Shown one piece after another: positions 28,597 through 41,700 of a stretch of DNA of 64,000 bases (the stretch's first letter is position 1; every line of letters starts with the position of its first letter). Source of the DNA: Adineta vaga (lineage: Eukaryota > Animalia > Rotifera); the NCBI GenBank assembly GCA_021613535.1, contig CP075497.1:11284001-11348000 (forward strand). Direction: 5' to 3'. The notes under the pieces were generated by a model that searched no databases, was not told where the DNA came from, and saw only the letters and a list, made by a program, of their open reading frames with translations. A program made the translations under genes and the position numbers.

Positions 28597-30171
28597 TCAC
28601 CGTCGTTTTGTAATCTTACTAAATAATCCAAATTTTGGTCGCATAATTATTCGAAGATCCATTGCGACTTCTTGATTTTTTGGTTCAAGTTCAACATTAC
28701 ATCGTTGTACGAACATTGCTATGATAACTTTCGCTTCGATCAAAGCAAAATTTTGACCAATACAATTTCGTGCTCCTGAAGCAAATGGTAAATAACAATA
28801 TGGATGTGCTAATTTTGGTTTAAGACCTGTCTTTGGATCACGCATCCATCGTGTATAATCAAATTCAAGTGGTCTTGGCCAATATCTTTCATCTCGATGA
28901 ATTAAATAACTATTGATGAGAACAGTTGTATCGAGAGGAATATATAATTCATGATTATGACTTTTAATTTTATGTTCCTGTACACATTGACGAACAAAAT
29001 ATGGTATTGGTGGATATAAACGTAATGTTTCATAGATAACAGATTCACATATATTTAAATTACTTAAGTTTTCATATGTTGGCATCATATTATCTGGTAA
29101 AACTTCATCAACTTCCGTTTGACAAGCATGTAAAACATGAGGATTGGTCATTAAAATATACATAACCCATACCACTAAATCACCTGTTGATTGATGACCA
29201 GCAAGAACAAATGCCATTGCTTCTTGTTTGATTTCTTCATCTGTAAAATGTTCACCTTGATTATCAACAGCTTGAAGAAGTAAATCAAGTATGTCAGCAT
29301 TTTGACATAAGTTTTTTGTTCGACCTTGTTTTCGATCATTGATGATTTGTTCAACGAAATGTAAAGCTTTTTCACAACCACGATCAACTATATCTTTTCC
29401 CCAAAAAGGTAATCGAGAAAAAAGAGGTATCTGATCAATTAATAATAATGAACGATTTACAATCGCATCTAATGCTGAAATAAATGCTTCGGATACAATT
29501 TCTCTTGCATCGACAATTGTTTCAAAACTTTCACCAAATGCACTTGATGCAATGATTGTTAATGCAAGAAGACTCAATTCTTTTTCTAAATTAATAATTT
29601 TTTCAGATGATGTAAGAAGAATATCAATAGTTCGGGCTGTTCGATCTGTCATGATTGATACCATTGAACGAAGATTTTCAAAATTAAAACCTGGATTCAG
29701 CATTTTTCTTGCTCGAGTATGTTCATATCCATTACTAATTAAAAGATTATGCAAACCAATCAATGGTTTCAAACGACAAGTAAGATCGGTTGGTTTTTGA
29801 TAATACTGTGAATGTGCTCGACCAAGTATATCGCCAATTAAATCAGCATCTTGAATAACAAGACGAGGATAGATACCAAGACCAAATACAAATACTAAAC
29901 CATGTTTTTTACAAAGTTCTTCATGAAAATTCATGATTTTATTTTGCTTGCTATATTGATATAATTGTGGAATTTGACCTATTATTGGTATAAAAGGTTC
30001 ACTCGGAATACCTTGAGCTCGTAGAATATCATAAATACGTTTTCCTGGACGAATCAATTTCCAATAGATAAGAAACAACGAAAAACAAATGACAGTCGAA
30101 GATGTGCATAAAAATTCAAGAAACATCGGAATGTTTAAAATGAATACGATGTTTAAAAATGCTTTGTACAC
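28597..30171 (-). CDS. Cytochrome P450, single exon (start may be the later Met of MFLEFLC)
   Basis: 524-aa ORF with N-terminal TM anchor, I-helix AGHQST, K-helix ETLR and heme motif PFASGARNCIG. Confidence 0.97.
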   Translation of the reverse strand: MYKAFLNIVFILNIPMFLEFLCTSSTVICFSLFLIYWKLIRPGKRIYDILRAQGIPSEPFIPIIGQIPQLYQYSKQNKIMNFHEELCKKHGLVFVFGLGIYPRLVIQDADLIGDILGRAHSQYYQKPTDLTCRLKPLIGLHNLLISNGYEHTRARKMLNPGFNFENLRSMVSIMTDRTARTIDILLTSSEKIINLEKELSLLALTIIASSAFGESFETIVDAREIVSEAFISALDAIVNRSLLLIDQIPLFSRLPFWGKDIVDRGCEKALHFVEQIINDRKQGRTKNLCQNADILDLLLQAVDNQGEHFTDEEIKQEAMAFVLAGHQSTGDLVVWVMYILMTNPHVLHACQTEVDEVLPDNMMPTYENLSNLNICESVIYETLRLYPPIPYFVRQCVQEHKIKSHNHELYIPLDTTVLINSYLIHRDERYWPRPLEFDYTRWMRDPKTGLKPKLAHPYCYLPFASGARNCIGQNFALIEAKVIIAMFVQRCNVELEPKNQEVAMDLRIIMRPKFGLFSKITKRR

Positions 30172-31636
30172 GTCTATAAAGATATCTCTCTCTCTATATA
30201 TATATATAACGTACGTACATCTATATATATATATTTTTCCTCTTTTTTATGAGAGAAAGAAAGAAAAAAAGTTATTTTGTTTACCTACTATACAGCCATT
30301 GATAATATATGTCCTTGGTATTCAACAAGTTACACGCATTTCTCGAGTACATTTTTAGCTGATTAATTTGTTTCCATGAGATTTTTCTATAACGAAATCT
30401 GTACAAATTTTCGCTCTCACTACGTACGATTGATAGTTTATTTAGGATCAATCTCATTGTAACACAATGCTTATGTTGTCAAATGAATAATATTTGTTTG
30501 CTTGTTTTTGTGTCACAAAGACTAAGTTGACATTCTAAGCTACTCAATCTCAATATATTCGATTTTGATGAATAAATAGTATTCAACAATTCCTCTTTTT
30601 GGTATAGTCTTGACTATTTTCATATTTATAAATGAAAATATCTTATTTTTTTGTCATGACTTTCAATGTAATCATCGGGTACTTCTGAACTATTTAAAAT
30701 AGTACGTCAATACGAGATAAAAGTCCACTTTTCTTTTACTAATGAGAAAAATATATAATAATCATGCCGAAAGAAGTTCTTTTAATATTATAAAAAAAAA
30801 CTTCTTTTTTACTCCGTCTGAGAGAAATGTTTTTTAATAATACATAGAATGTTACTTATTTTGGCAGAATCATATTTATTCGTCGAAAGAATAAAAAAAT
30901 CATAAAAGTTTTCATGTCACATGAATAACAAATCAACACTAGAATAATAAAATAGAATGGTCTCTAGAGAAAAAAATAATTCGAAGTATATTTACCTAAA
31001 TTGTTTGGTTTTTCAGGAAAAAAAGGAAGTTCTGTTATTTATCTTTACAAGTAAATTTGCTGGATGTCTGACTTAACATAAATCACAGTATGTTTTTCTT
31101 TTTTCTCGTGTAACAAACTGCGTATTAGGAAAAGGGCTTTTATTTTTTTTATGTCTCTTCATATGCGAGAAGCAAAGATAAGAATATACTATATTGACTC
31201 GGTGAATGAGTAAATCAATTCGACATTGGGTTTTTTTCGCCTCTTACGAAATAATCATTATGTATTTCGTGACCTTGTAAACATTTACTTCACCTTTCAA
31301 TATTCGTATTGTAGTGTGAAATTATGTAAAACCATGATCAAAAAATATGTATTTTCTCGATCGATTTTTCTGAATGTTAGAATATTTATTAAAACAAATA
31401 TTCGCAGTAGAAATGAACGGAATGATAATTATTTTCTATGATCACACCTATTTAATAACACAGAGAATTTATCGTGATATTGGTATGTATGATGATTGTT
31501 ATTTAATAGAAATAGCAATTAGTTAATTAGTATGATATTTACTTCATAATAGTGAACAAATACATAGCTATTTCTTTTCCATTTATTAGGTTTTCAATAA
31601 AAAGCGGAAATTAATTATAAATATGAAGACACACCC

Positions 31637-32517
31637 TCAAAAGATTTGAAAACCTGGAAAAAAAGAGAAATAACCTGGAGTCATGTTAATTTCTTGGATA
31701 TCTAAGAATATATGCGTGAAGTATTTGAATAAGAGAATTGTTTTAAAAGTAATTCCATTTAGACGAGCAATGGTTTCTTGCGTATTTTTCATATAGAATT
31801 TCGATTCTGATATATCAACAACGAGAGTTATTTGTATTTTCGTATAACGAAAAGGTTCATTTTCTTCGGAATGTAAATGTGTTGTTAATGTTGGTGACGA
31901 AAGTCCACTAAATGAAGGATCCTCATCATCATCATTCTTCATATTTCCTGTTCACTTCAAAACTTTCGCCATTTCAGTATATGTTGATGAATCGATCACC
32001 AACGTTTGACTGGGAGTGAAGAGAATTGAGAAAATTTATTGGATGGTCTTGTCAAATTGAATTGTGTGCTAATATGATGTTGCGAAAGGTGAGGAGAAAC
32101 AGAAGTTCTAATGGTATCACATGAGAAACCTGTACTAATAAAATGGTAGATTAAAGTAAGTGATTGTTTATCAAGCATAGTGAATATAGGTTTTTCTTGA
32201 GGGTGTGGATTTCTTTTACATTCTCATTCATATTGACCCACACCCGAAATTATTCGACAAAACAAAATGAACCAATGAAGAACAGAAACAACTTTTCATT
32301 TTATTTCACGGTTTTTTTTAAAAGGAACCAACCATAACTGTTTTAGATTAACGTATTCGAAATAGTAATGTATTTTATGTGTAAAAGAACAACGAGAATA
32401 TGTATCAATTATTGGTAAAGCAGTAAAATCACCAAAAACAACCAATATATAATTGATATAAATCAAACAAACTTCTAAGATTTGAATGTCAAAGATTGTC
32501 GATGAATAAAACTTCAT
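31637..32517 (-). pseudogene. Possible decayed coding remnant
   Basis: Three consecutive same-strand ORFs with coding-like composition, interrupted by stops; no family recognised. Confidence 0.2.
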
Positions 32518-34137
32518 ATATGATCAGTTGTATTCTCGAATTATTCATAATTATGAAAATTGCAGAGAGGAAAATATAATCTTAACTGAACATCATTGTT
32601 GATTTAAAATATTGATGAAAACGAACAAAAGGGCATATTGTATATGTTAAGCCTAATACAATCGAGATTTCTTTCTGGATATATAGTAGATATGTTGATA
32701 GTCGCTCGAACAGTTTATTCGAAAGTATTGGAGACTAATATCACATATTTTATTTCTTACTAGAGACTTCGTTGTTTTCTTAAATCTAATCAAACTAATA
32801 TTCAATCTTCAGTGGATTGAAGATTTTCATGTAATATTAAACAGCACAAAGAACTTGAAAATATTTCGAAAAGAAAAACAAGAATGCAAAATTTATGCGG
32901 TCTTTATTGACTTCACATTTTTTGAAGAAATCAAACAAAATCGTAAGATAAATTCTGTTAAGTTTCTTTCGCGAAAAGATTTTATATTCACATTTCTTCA
33001 TAAAATGTGTAAATTGTCTATATTCAGAATTCAATAACAAAAACTTCTTGATTTTTGCCTAATATTTCTTTCAATGAACCAATCATATTTTTTATTGCAG
33101 ATAGTTTTGTTGTAAAATAATGAAAAAGAGAAGAACAATGATTAAAACTCTTTTGTTACTGCTGCCGTCATCCCTTCAACGTACTACATATCTCATCTTG
33201 AATATGAATCTACTTTTGAAAAAGATTTGATTTCTCGGTACGAGCAACCTTTGAATTTGAACAGAAGAGATTTTACGGAAATTTTTTCGCACTGGCGATT
33301 CTCCATCGCAAACAATAAGAGGGTGTGGGTGTGACGATTTTTTTCTCTCGGTTATCCTCTTCAAAAACTACATCATTTGATAGATAATTAAATTCTAAAT
33401 CCAACACATCCATTCTTACACACAGCACAAGTTCTCAAGCGAATCCGGGCAAGAAATACAAAAGTTTTAAGTCCAAAAAATGGGTGAAAACGCCGATTTT
33501 TCGTCGAGAACTTCAGTTTTTGGACGGTTACTCCTATTAAAATTGGCATCATTCGATTGAGAATTCAATTCTGCATCCAACACAACCTTTTCGAAGACCA
33601 GCACAAGTTTACAGGCGAATCCTGACAAAAAGTACTCGAATATGGTGCTAACTTTACCTACGTCTCTACATTGACGGTGAAATACTATTGTATATCGCAG
33701 TTAGTGATCCAAAATTGATTCTGTTAAGAATCATCGTTCATCAAAACCCATTGATTCATTTTGATGGATCAGTTGGAAAAGCACGTTATGACAATTAACA
33801 TAATAATGAATTGTCGCGTCTCTTGCACAAACACATATCTTCTCAATTCTATGAGGGAGAAAAAAACGAAAACTTTAGAATATCTCCTTCGATACAAACT
33901 TCTCATATGAGTGAGAAAAACTATGAAAATACCAGCATAGTGAAATATCGAATGATTTTCTTCCTTTTTTTTACTCAATTATTAAAACGTCAAGTTATCC
34001 CGAAAAAATAAATCTTATTTTTAACTTTGATAAAACTATGATAATCGTTTTGTTTTTTTTATTTTTTTCCAGATTAGCCTTGAATGTCATATATATTGAA
34101 AGAAAACAAGATCTGATTCTTAAAGAAATTTTTTTTG

Positions 34138-34732
34138 TTAAACTTTAGTCGATAAAATACAAATTGCTTGAGACACCATTATTTGAAGATGATTGATAAA
34201 ACAGTTACGTTGTATTTCAGCAAAACGCATGGAAATGAGTAAAGGTATTTTAACAATTATTCTTATATTATAATCTATATGATATTGATTAATAAAATGT
34301 TCCAAATTAAAACATCCCACTTGTGAAAGCAATGCTTGTGAAATTAATGAAGATTCAACTAACCAACGAAGAATGTTAAAAATTGTTATTTGAGAAATAA
34401 TATTAAATAATGTTAATGATAACCGTGTAGATAAGAAAATAATCATTAGATAAATTATTGTAAATTTTATTTATTTTTTTAATATAAAAATTAATGATGA
34501 ATATACATCTAAATCTATTCTAGTCGATTACGTATATTAGAAAATATTGATAAGAAAAATATTGGCATCGATAAGCTTGTGAAAAATACGATTCAATAAC
34601 ATATATCACAAAGATATAACTAGCAAATCGATATTTCATGTTCAATATACATAACATTGAATTATAGTCAGGTAATGATGAATGATTCAATAGTAAAACA
34701 TTTGTTTGTTCAATATGTGCCATTCGATTCAT
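34138..34732 (-). pseudogene. Possible decayed multi-pass membrane (GPCR-like) gene fragments
   Basis: Two broken ORFs with hydrophobic helices and a TM3-like LC...SYFSQAYR segment; no coherent spliced model found. Confidence 0.25.
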
Positions 34733-35317
34733 AAGAATTAGATAATTTTTCTCAAAGTGATTATGTTGAATAATGATTTATGTACGAAAGAAAGGTCATC
34801 CTATATAGAAAAATATCATGTTCGTCTATTCTTTTTTTTAGAAATGGATGGAATATGAGTGCATAAACAATGAAGAAAAAGAATAGATGATTTATAGTCA
34901 AAATTGTTGGTATGGAGAATAATAGACAATAACCATTAGAATGATTGCGATGATAAAGAAAGCACGATGTAAAAAGTACACCTTTGATATAATTCATATT
35001 TTCATGTAAATACTTGACACTATGGTCTTCTTGAATTGTTTCTGAATTCAAAATCACAAGTCACGAGCATTTTTTTCCACATAACCCTGGGTATACGGGT
35101 CTAAAGCAAACATTTGGTTCTATTCAATAACCGACAGTCATTGTTATATATCCAGACGGTGCAACACACAATTGTTCACGATTTTTATCATTTCATTTGA
35201 CCATGACCAGACATAAATCCAGTACTGTGCTCATTGACTCGCCTTAATTCATCACTAGTGATGAAAAATGTGTATACACAGTTAGATATTTTCACCTAAA
35301 TCAATTTGAAAGACTCA

Positions 35318-35418
35318 GGGTGTAAGGATATAAGGGTCATAGGGTCGAAAGGTATAAGACCCTTAGACTCGTACACTCTTATATCCTCACACTCACATAC
35401 TCTTACACACTTAGACCC
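35318..35418. repeat. Degenerate 8-bp tandem units (GGGTNTAA-like) in two oppositely oriented blocks
   Basis: The + strand reads gggtgtaa ggatataa gggtcata gggtcgaa aggtataa. The following block reads on the - strand gggtctaa gtgtgtaa gagtatgt gagtgtga ggatataa gagtgtac gagtctaa. Confidence 0.6.
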
Positions 35419-35748
35419 AAAGATATGACGACTTCCGAAGTTATGAAGGACGAAGGTATGCATGTCTATATGTATATAATTATGAAGATTCGAAGACTCA
35501 TGATTTCAATCGGAAATGATATCTGTTTCTTCTTTTCTTAGTTCAGAACGAATTCAAATAGACCATTGTATGCAACTATGTGAATCAATATCTAAAAGAG
35601 GATAAACATTAATCATTCAAGTGACATCTTATCTATGACCTTAATCATAAAACTTGGTACAGGTATGTTTAATGCAGTTTTATAATATAGGAATGAAGTC
35701 AATACTACCTACGTCAATTATCTATAGATGTAAATTTTATTTTAGATG

Positions 35749-36097
35749 AAAGTGTTGCTCTGGCAGATCAGTGTTGCCACCATTCCGCACGATTTCGTCA
35801 TCGCAACATGTATTCTCTCCGTAAGAATTTTTACCTCTTGGTAATTTGTAATAAGCAATTTATCTTCACGACTTGTGAAGCACGACATCTACACTGTCTC
35901 TACACTTTGCACTTTTCGTTTGCTTCCTCGAAAACAATAGATGTAGAGACAAGAAAAACGTCTTGCTTCGCACCTCATCTAGACAAGTTGCTTATTACAA
36001 ATTACCAAGAGGTAAAAATTCTTACGGAGAGAATACATGTTGCGATGACGAAATCGTGCGGATCGGTGGCAACACTGATCTGCCAGAGCAACACTTT
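35749..36097. mobile_element. Foldback/MITE-like palindromic element, 349 bp
   Basis: The left arm 35749-35858 is the reverse complement of 35988-36097 with about 2 mismatches. Imperfect pairing continues inward to about 35904/35942. Higher GC than the flanks, no transposase, no clear target-site duplication. Confidence 0.8.
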
Positions 36098-37800
36098 TCT
36101 TTTTAATCAAAAAAATATCATCACTTCTCTGCATTGCGAAATTAAAGACAGTTCAACTGGAAAACGTTTGATTAATTTCTTTCTTTCTCGCATACACATG
36201 GAAAAATTGGTGAGGCTGAATTCAGTTTACTCGAATCTCTGTCGTAGATCAGTTTTGGGAAAGAACTTCGATTAGAAAATCTTACTGCATCGAAATACGG
36301 ATATATTCTTTGCGAGACTAAAGCAATAATGACAATTTCTCCTTTTGCTTTCAATTCAAAAACTATATTGTCCTATACCATTCTCTCGAACATGTAAAAT
36401 CAACTATAGGAAACTCTGTATTATAATTATTAAAATAAAGTACAGTCATCTATGAACTGTCATCAAAATCATCCTATTTAGCTTCTCTGATGTATAAGAT
36501 ATATAATCATTAAACAACACAGTATTTACCGTTCAAAGGTATTAATTCACTTATAACCAAAATAACATATTATCTCGATGAATCTCATATACACTGGTTA
36601 CAATCCACTTTTAAGCAGTTCATTTGAAAATCTACATACAATCACAATAATAAGACGACGTTATTGAATTTATATGTATTTGTTGTTCAAATGGTGTGTA
36701 AAAAATGAAGTGCTATTGACAAAATCATATGAAACGATCTACGTGTTATCCTATACATTTATAACACGTACACACTTTTAGCTGCAGGTATGAATCCTGC
36801 TACATTTATTTCGAAATGTCTTTAAAAGCTAGTGATAGTGATATAGAAATAAATTTACCATCTTACTTGAATGAAGATGGAGTATCGTTTTCTTTTTTCA
36901 TCATTTCTAGATAATTTAACTTGGTAAATTGTAAGACATTCAAAACTGGTAACCAGAGATGAATAAGAAAAGCACAGTACTAAGTAGTCAACAGTCATAT
37001 CAAATCAAAAATTACTATTCTAAAGAAAAAATGTTTTTCGAAGTGATGGATTCCAAAGTATTTTTGATAGGTTTTAGATCCGAGCAATCGCACAAATATG
37101 AGTAAGTAACAGAACGTTCGCGTTACTCAGTTCTTCATTCAATAGATTCCGTGCCGTTTCATTCTTCTCAAACACCAAGACTTGCACTTATTGCACTTAT
37201 GATACGCCTCTCAAATCAACGCCTAGTCGTTCACTGATCTCTCTAATTTCGGTCATATATACAATTTAATACAACAGTTATTCTATGTGATTGCCTTGAC
37301 AATCTTATTGGAGCTTATGGTTTACTACCAAACGTGTCGTGTTCAAAAGATATTGAAATATTTCACGGTGATATACATAACATCTGTTCGTTATTTCTTT
37401 TTAGATACCAAACAACGTTTTTCGGATGGTACAGGCATTACATTCCTTTTTTATTTATTTATTTATTAAAATGCATATCACTTTATGAATATATTGAGAT
37501 GATTTCTCTTGCAATTAATAATTGTTTCATCAGAGCAGAATTAATAACCAAATAATTGGTAGAACATTTATATTTGATGGCAACGAAGAAAAGGTACCTC
37601 GATACCTCTTTTCCATTGATTAAATCCTCAAAAGAGCGGAAAATAATCATAGAAATGCATACAAACACTAAGATGATTTAAAAATATCTATTCATATTCT
37701 TTTTCTCGAAATGCACATGTCATGATTTGAAATTACACTATCACAAAAGAAAAAAAGTCTTTGGAATATTAAAAAAAATACTAATCTCATTTAATCCGAT

Positions 37801-39157
37801 TTATTTTTTAACAAAATAGTCCTGTTCATTCGTTAGTAAATTTGAGAATTGTTGTTGATCAATCGCTTGATTTTGTGCTGTTCCATTTGACATTGTTCTC
37901 TTTCGTGGAGGTAAACTATTTCGCTTGTCTCTCATCACATTTCGTCGTCGAATAACACGTTTACGGACTAATCTCGCTAATTCAAAGCTTGTCTCACGAA
38001 ATTTATCTCCAAATACATAATAGAAGAAGAGATTAGCAGATGCATTGATAACTTGTAAGAAATTAACTGTTGTATTGAATAAATGTCGAAATCGACAACT
38101 ATCTAAATAAAAATGTTTTGCCGATGCTGAAACCTTTTTGCTATTGGTATTGTATGATGTTAATGAGAATTTGGTTTCAAATATATGATTAATTAACATT
38201 GGAAAACGACAAATAAAGAATAATAAAACAACACCAATTAACATTAATGTTATATCACGTTCATGTTGTTCATGATTTTGTGTTGATAATGGTGATGTTA
38301 GATGTAAATGTTGTCGACGATTTAAATAGAATTTATGTAATAAATTCATTGTGAAAAAATTAACAAATATAAGTAAAAGAAATGGAACTGCATAGACAAC
38401 GGGAATGTAAAGCCAAATATGAATGATTCGACGAAATAATTCATTTTCACCAATTTTTGTTACTAGAAAAAACCAACAAGGGTTTCAATGAAAATAAGCA
38501 AAAGAAAATTTAGATGGTATTACATCTTAAATGAACGCCATGATGTTCAGTAAATTCAACACGATATTTAAACCAATGTGGTAAGATAAATAGAATTGCA
38601 AACATAGTTATTAAAGCAATTGTACGAAGAGAATTTCGAACCGTACAAATTGTTTCAGCTTGTAAACCATATGATAAATAAAGAAAACGATCGAATGATA
38701 CAGCGACAGTGTAATAGATGGAACAAAGTTGTAACGTATTCATTAATGGAATAACATATGGAGTGAATCTAAGAAGAAAAAAAATGACATAGGAAATGGT
38801 CGACAATAATCAAAATAAGACTTACCGTTGAATTATATCATCATATACATGCTGATCATTTTCATGGGAATTAACCAGAAATTTCGGTACAATTAATGTA
38901 AATCGAATGGAATTGATAGCTAAGTAAAGAATTAACCATACGAGATTAACAATTGAAAGGGCAAGAAGATAAATATTCGTTGAAAGATAACGCATACGGT
39001 GATTGCCTAATATTAATATGGAGAGACCATTACTAATGATTCCAAGAAGAACGACAATGCATGATGTCCATCCTCCAAGAATATATTGAACAAGAAGAAC
39101 ATGTCGTTCATCTGTTTCACTACATGTGTAATTATTTTGATCACTATTATTTGTCAT
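37801..39157 (-). CDS. Class A neuropeptide GPCR, FMRFamide-receptor-like
   Basis: Three exons. GIISNGLSILIL, STNIYLLALSIVN, SIYYTVAVSFDRF, ERDITLMLIGVVLLFFICRFP, INASANLFFYYVFGDKFR. Confidence 0.88.
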
Positions 39158-40584
39158 TTTATTTGATTCGAATCAACAAATCGAATAATAATAATAATCT
39201 GATTTGTAATAGTAAAGTAGAGAAAAAATTGAATTATTTTTCTTGTTTAAACGATATTCTGAATGCAAAAAATAAAAATAAAATATTTACTCATATTTCT
39301 TCCGGCTGCTTTGTTGTCCTAGTCTTCAAAACTGTTTTTGCATAACTAATATGATGTTTGCGTAGGCGATTAGAAAATGAGAAAAAAAAGAGAGGAAAAG
39401 AAGTCGATCTTCACTCACGCTCTTTCTCTTAGCAAAAACAAAAGACAAGTTGGTAATCGAATCGATTTGATGTCTTTATGTTGTTTTGTTCTTCTGTTCC
39501 ACGAGGAAACCATTATAGAATAAGAAGAAAAGAAGAAAGATTGACAGTCTGCTAAAGAATAGATTCCTATTCATGATAATTGATCGCGTTCAGTAGGTCA
39601 ATCTATAAACATTGTTATATACGTTATTGATCAAAAGAAATTACTAAAATGAGTTTTTAGTATTTCAATTAGAAAGAGAGATCTTGTCGAGTTTTCCTAA
39701 GTAAGAAACAGCTGGAACTATTCTAAAATAGATAATCTATCCTTGAGTAGCTACTGAATCAACTGTGAGTGGCATTAGTATATTGCTAAGATCATCTATT
39801 TTCCTTTTTTTTTCTCTTCACGGCTTCTGTTATCATTCTCGAAATATGTTCTGTGATCTTTGTGTGTGCGTGTTTTTCTATCTATCACAAAGATAATCTG
39901 TATAGTTCCGCATGTATTCTACTAGTGACATTTACTAACAAGATCGATTTATCTACATATTACAAGCAGTATATATTCTATTTATTTCATCGAGATAAGA
40001 TTTCTTGTAAAGCATCTCACGTCTTCTCTATCTCTTCGGTAAAAGTTTGCAAATATAAAAAAAAAACGAGGAAGCAGATTGTCAAGAGAATATAATTATA
40101 AAATCAAGAAAAATTTTTCTAGTATTTCTCGGAAATATTTACTGTAATGAAAAAGAAAAGAGAGAAGTATTTCTCATCGCGTTGTTTTCCATCTGTTCGT
40201 GCTTTCTTTTTTTTCTTCTTTCTTTTTTCTTCTTTGAATGATTTATTTTCAAGAGGAAAAAAAGAAGAAGAGAGGATTAGATAAAGAGAACAAGCCATAC
40301 TGATCGGTTATGAGTTTCTTTTTTCTTGTATTAGTATAATTCTTTTGATAAAATAATTTGTCTTACAAGGACATGCATAAACAATGAATAGATATTTTCT
40401 TGTCAACACATCATAGAGACGAATTAAATCGCAATAAAAGTATTCGAGCGAAAAAATAAAAGAATTTGCCTGACAACAATTACTATTTGAGTTTCTTTGC
40501 CTTAATCTAAATGTCTTCTAAATCTATTCGTTGATCCAACAGTGATCGTTTTGATTTTTTTGTCTCTAATCTAAAATTAAAAGA

Positions 40585-41700
40585 ATGGAAGAAGAACACT
40601 CAGTAAATAATAATAATAATAATGAAAATATTCCAATCACATCTGATTCTCGTCATTTACAAATTCGTCGAAGTGTTTTAAGACAAACAAATGCATCACG
40701 TTCATCACCGTATGATTCAACATTGTCAAGTATAGAACAACGACGAAGAAGACAAGAAACTTCTCATTCAATTAATAATCTAATCACGAATTTAGAAAAT
40801 CCAATCGAAAATAATATCTCATCGATTGAACAAGAACAGATTGAGTTTATTCATGAGAATGATGAATATGAAGTATTACTTGAATATACAGATACAGTAT
40901 CAGTTGATGAAATTCATACAGGTGTCAGATTTATCGTTGAATACGTTCGTTATTTTTGCATATTTGTTTGTTTATTTTTAAAGAAAATGATATTCTCAAT
41001 CAAGAGCAAGATGCATCTTATCAATCCTTATCGACCATTGATTCAGATCCAAATGATGATGATGAAAATCATTCTCGATTTTATTATACATCGACTGCAA
41101 TACCTGTTTTTGAATATTCATCATCGACTGAATCGTTAATTATCGAAACACACCCAATTGATATCTCAACATCCATATCATCCAATATATTCACCATCTG
41201 TAGATAATGATGAAGATTTAAGTATTGAAATTATTTTAGAAAGTTCACAAAATACTTCCTTACCGCCAACACCACGACAACGACGTTCAATTCTTCCATC
41301 AAATATTCGAACAAATCGAGGTTTACGTTCATCAGATATTTTTAATATTCCTCAAAAACCTTACAGTTCACTTAAAGAACAATTCGATGATAATTATTCA
41401 TCAATTTTAATTAATACACAATGTTATATTTGTTTAGAAGATTTTCAATCCATTGATTCAATTAAAATTCTCAATTGTCAACATGTTTTTCATAGTGAAT
41501 GTATCAATGAATGGTTACGACAACATTCTACTTGTGCTTATTGTCGTACACCTGTTCTTATTGATCTATTACGTTCAACAACAGGACGCCGACAAAGGAC
41601 ACGTACTCGACAACATAATCCTCCTCTATTACGTTCATCTATCAATCATCCAACTCAACAAACTTCTTCGCCTGAATCTTCCATATTAGAACAAGAATAA
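40585..41700 (+). CDS. RING-H2 E3 ubiquitin ligase with acidic disordered N-terminus (internal exon structure uncertain)
   Basis: CYICLEDF...LNCQHVFHSECINEWL...CAYCR (C3H2C3) in ORF 41158-41700; upstream ORFs start at 40585 and 40956. Confidence 0.8.

Noticed and set aside
35808-36275. 155-aa ORF across the palindrome
   Set aside because: It appears to be a by-product of the inverted repeat; no transposase motifs.
36784-36800. gcaggtatgaatcctgc, resembling a tRNA T-arm
   Set aside because: The loop lacks TTCG and no cloverleaf can be built around it.
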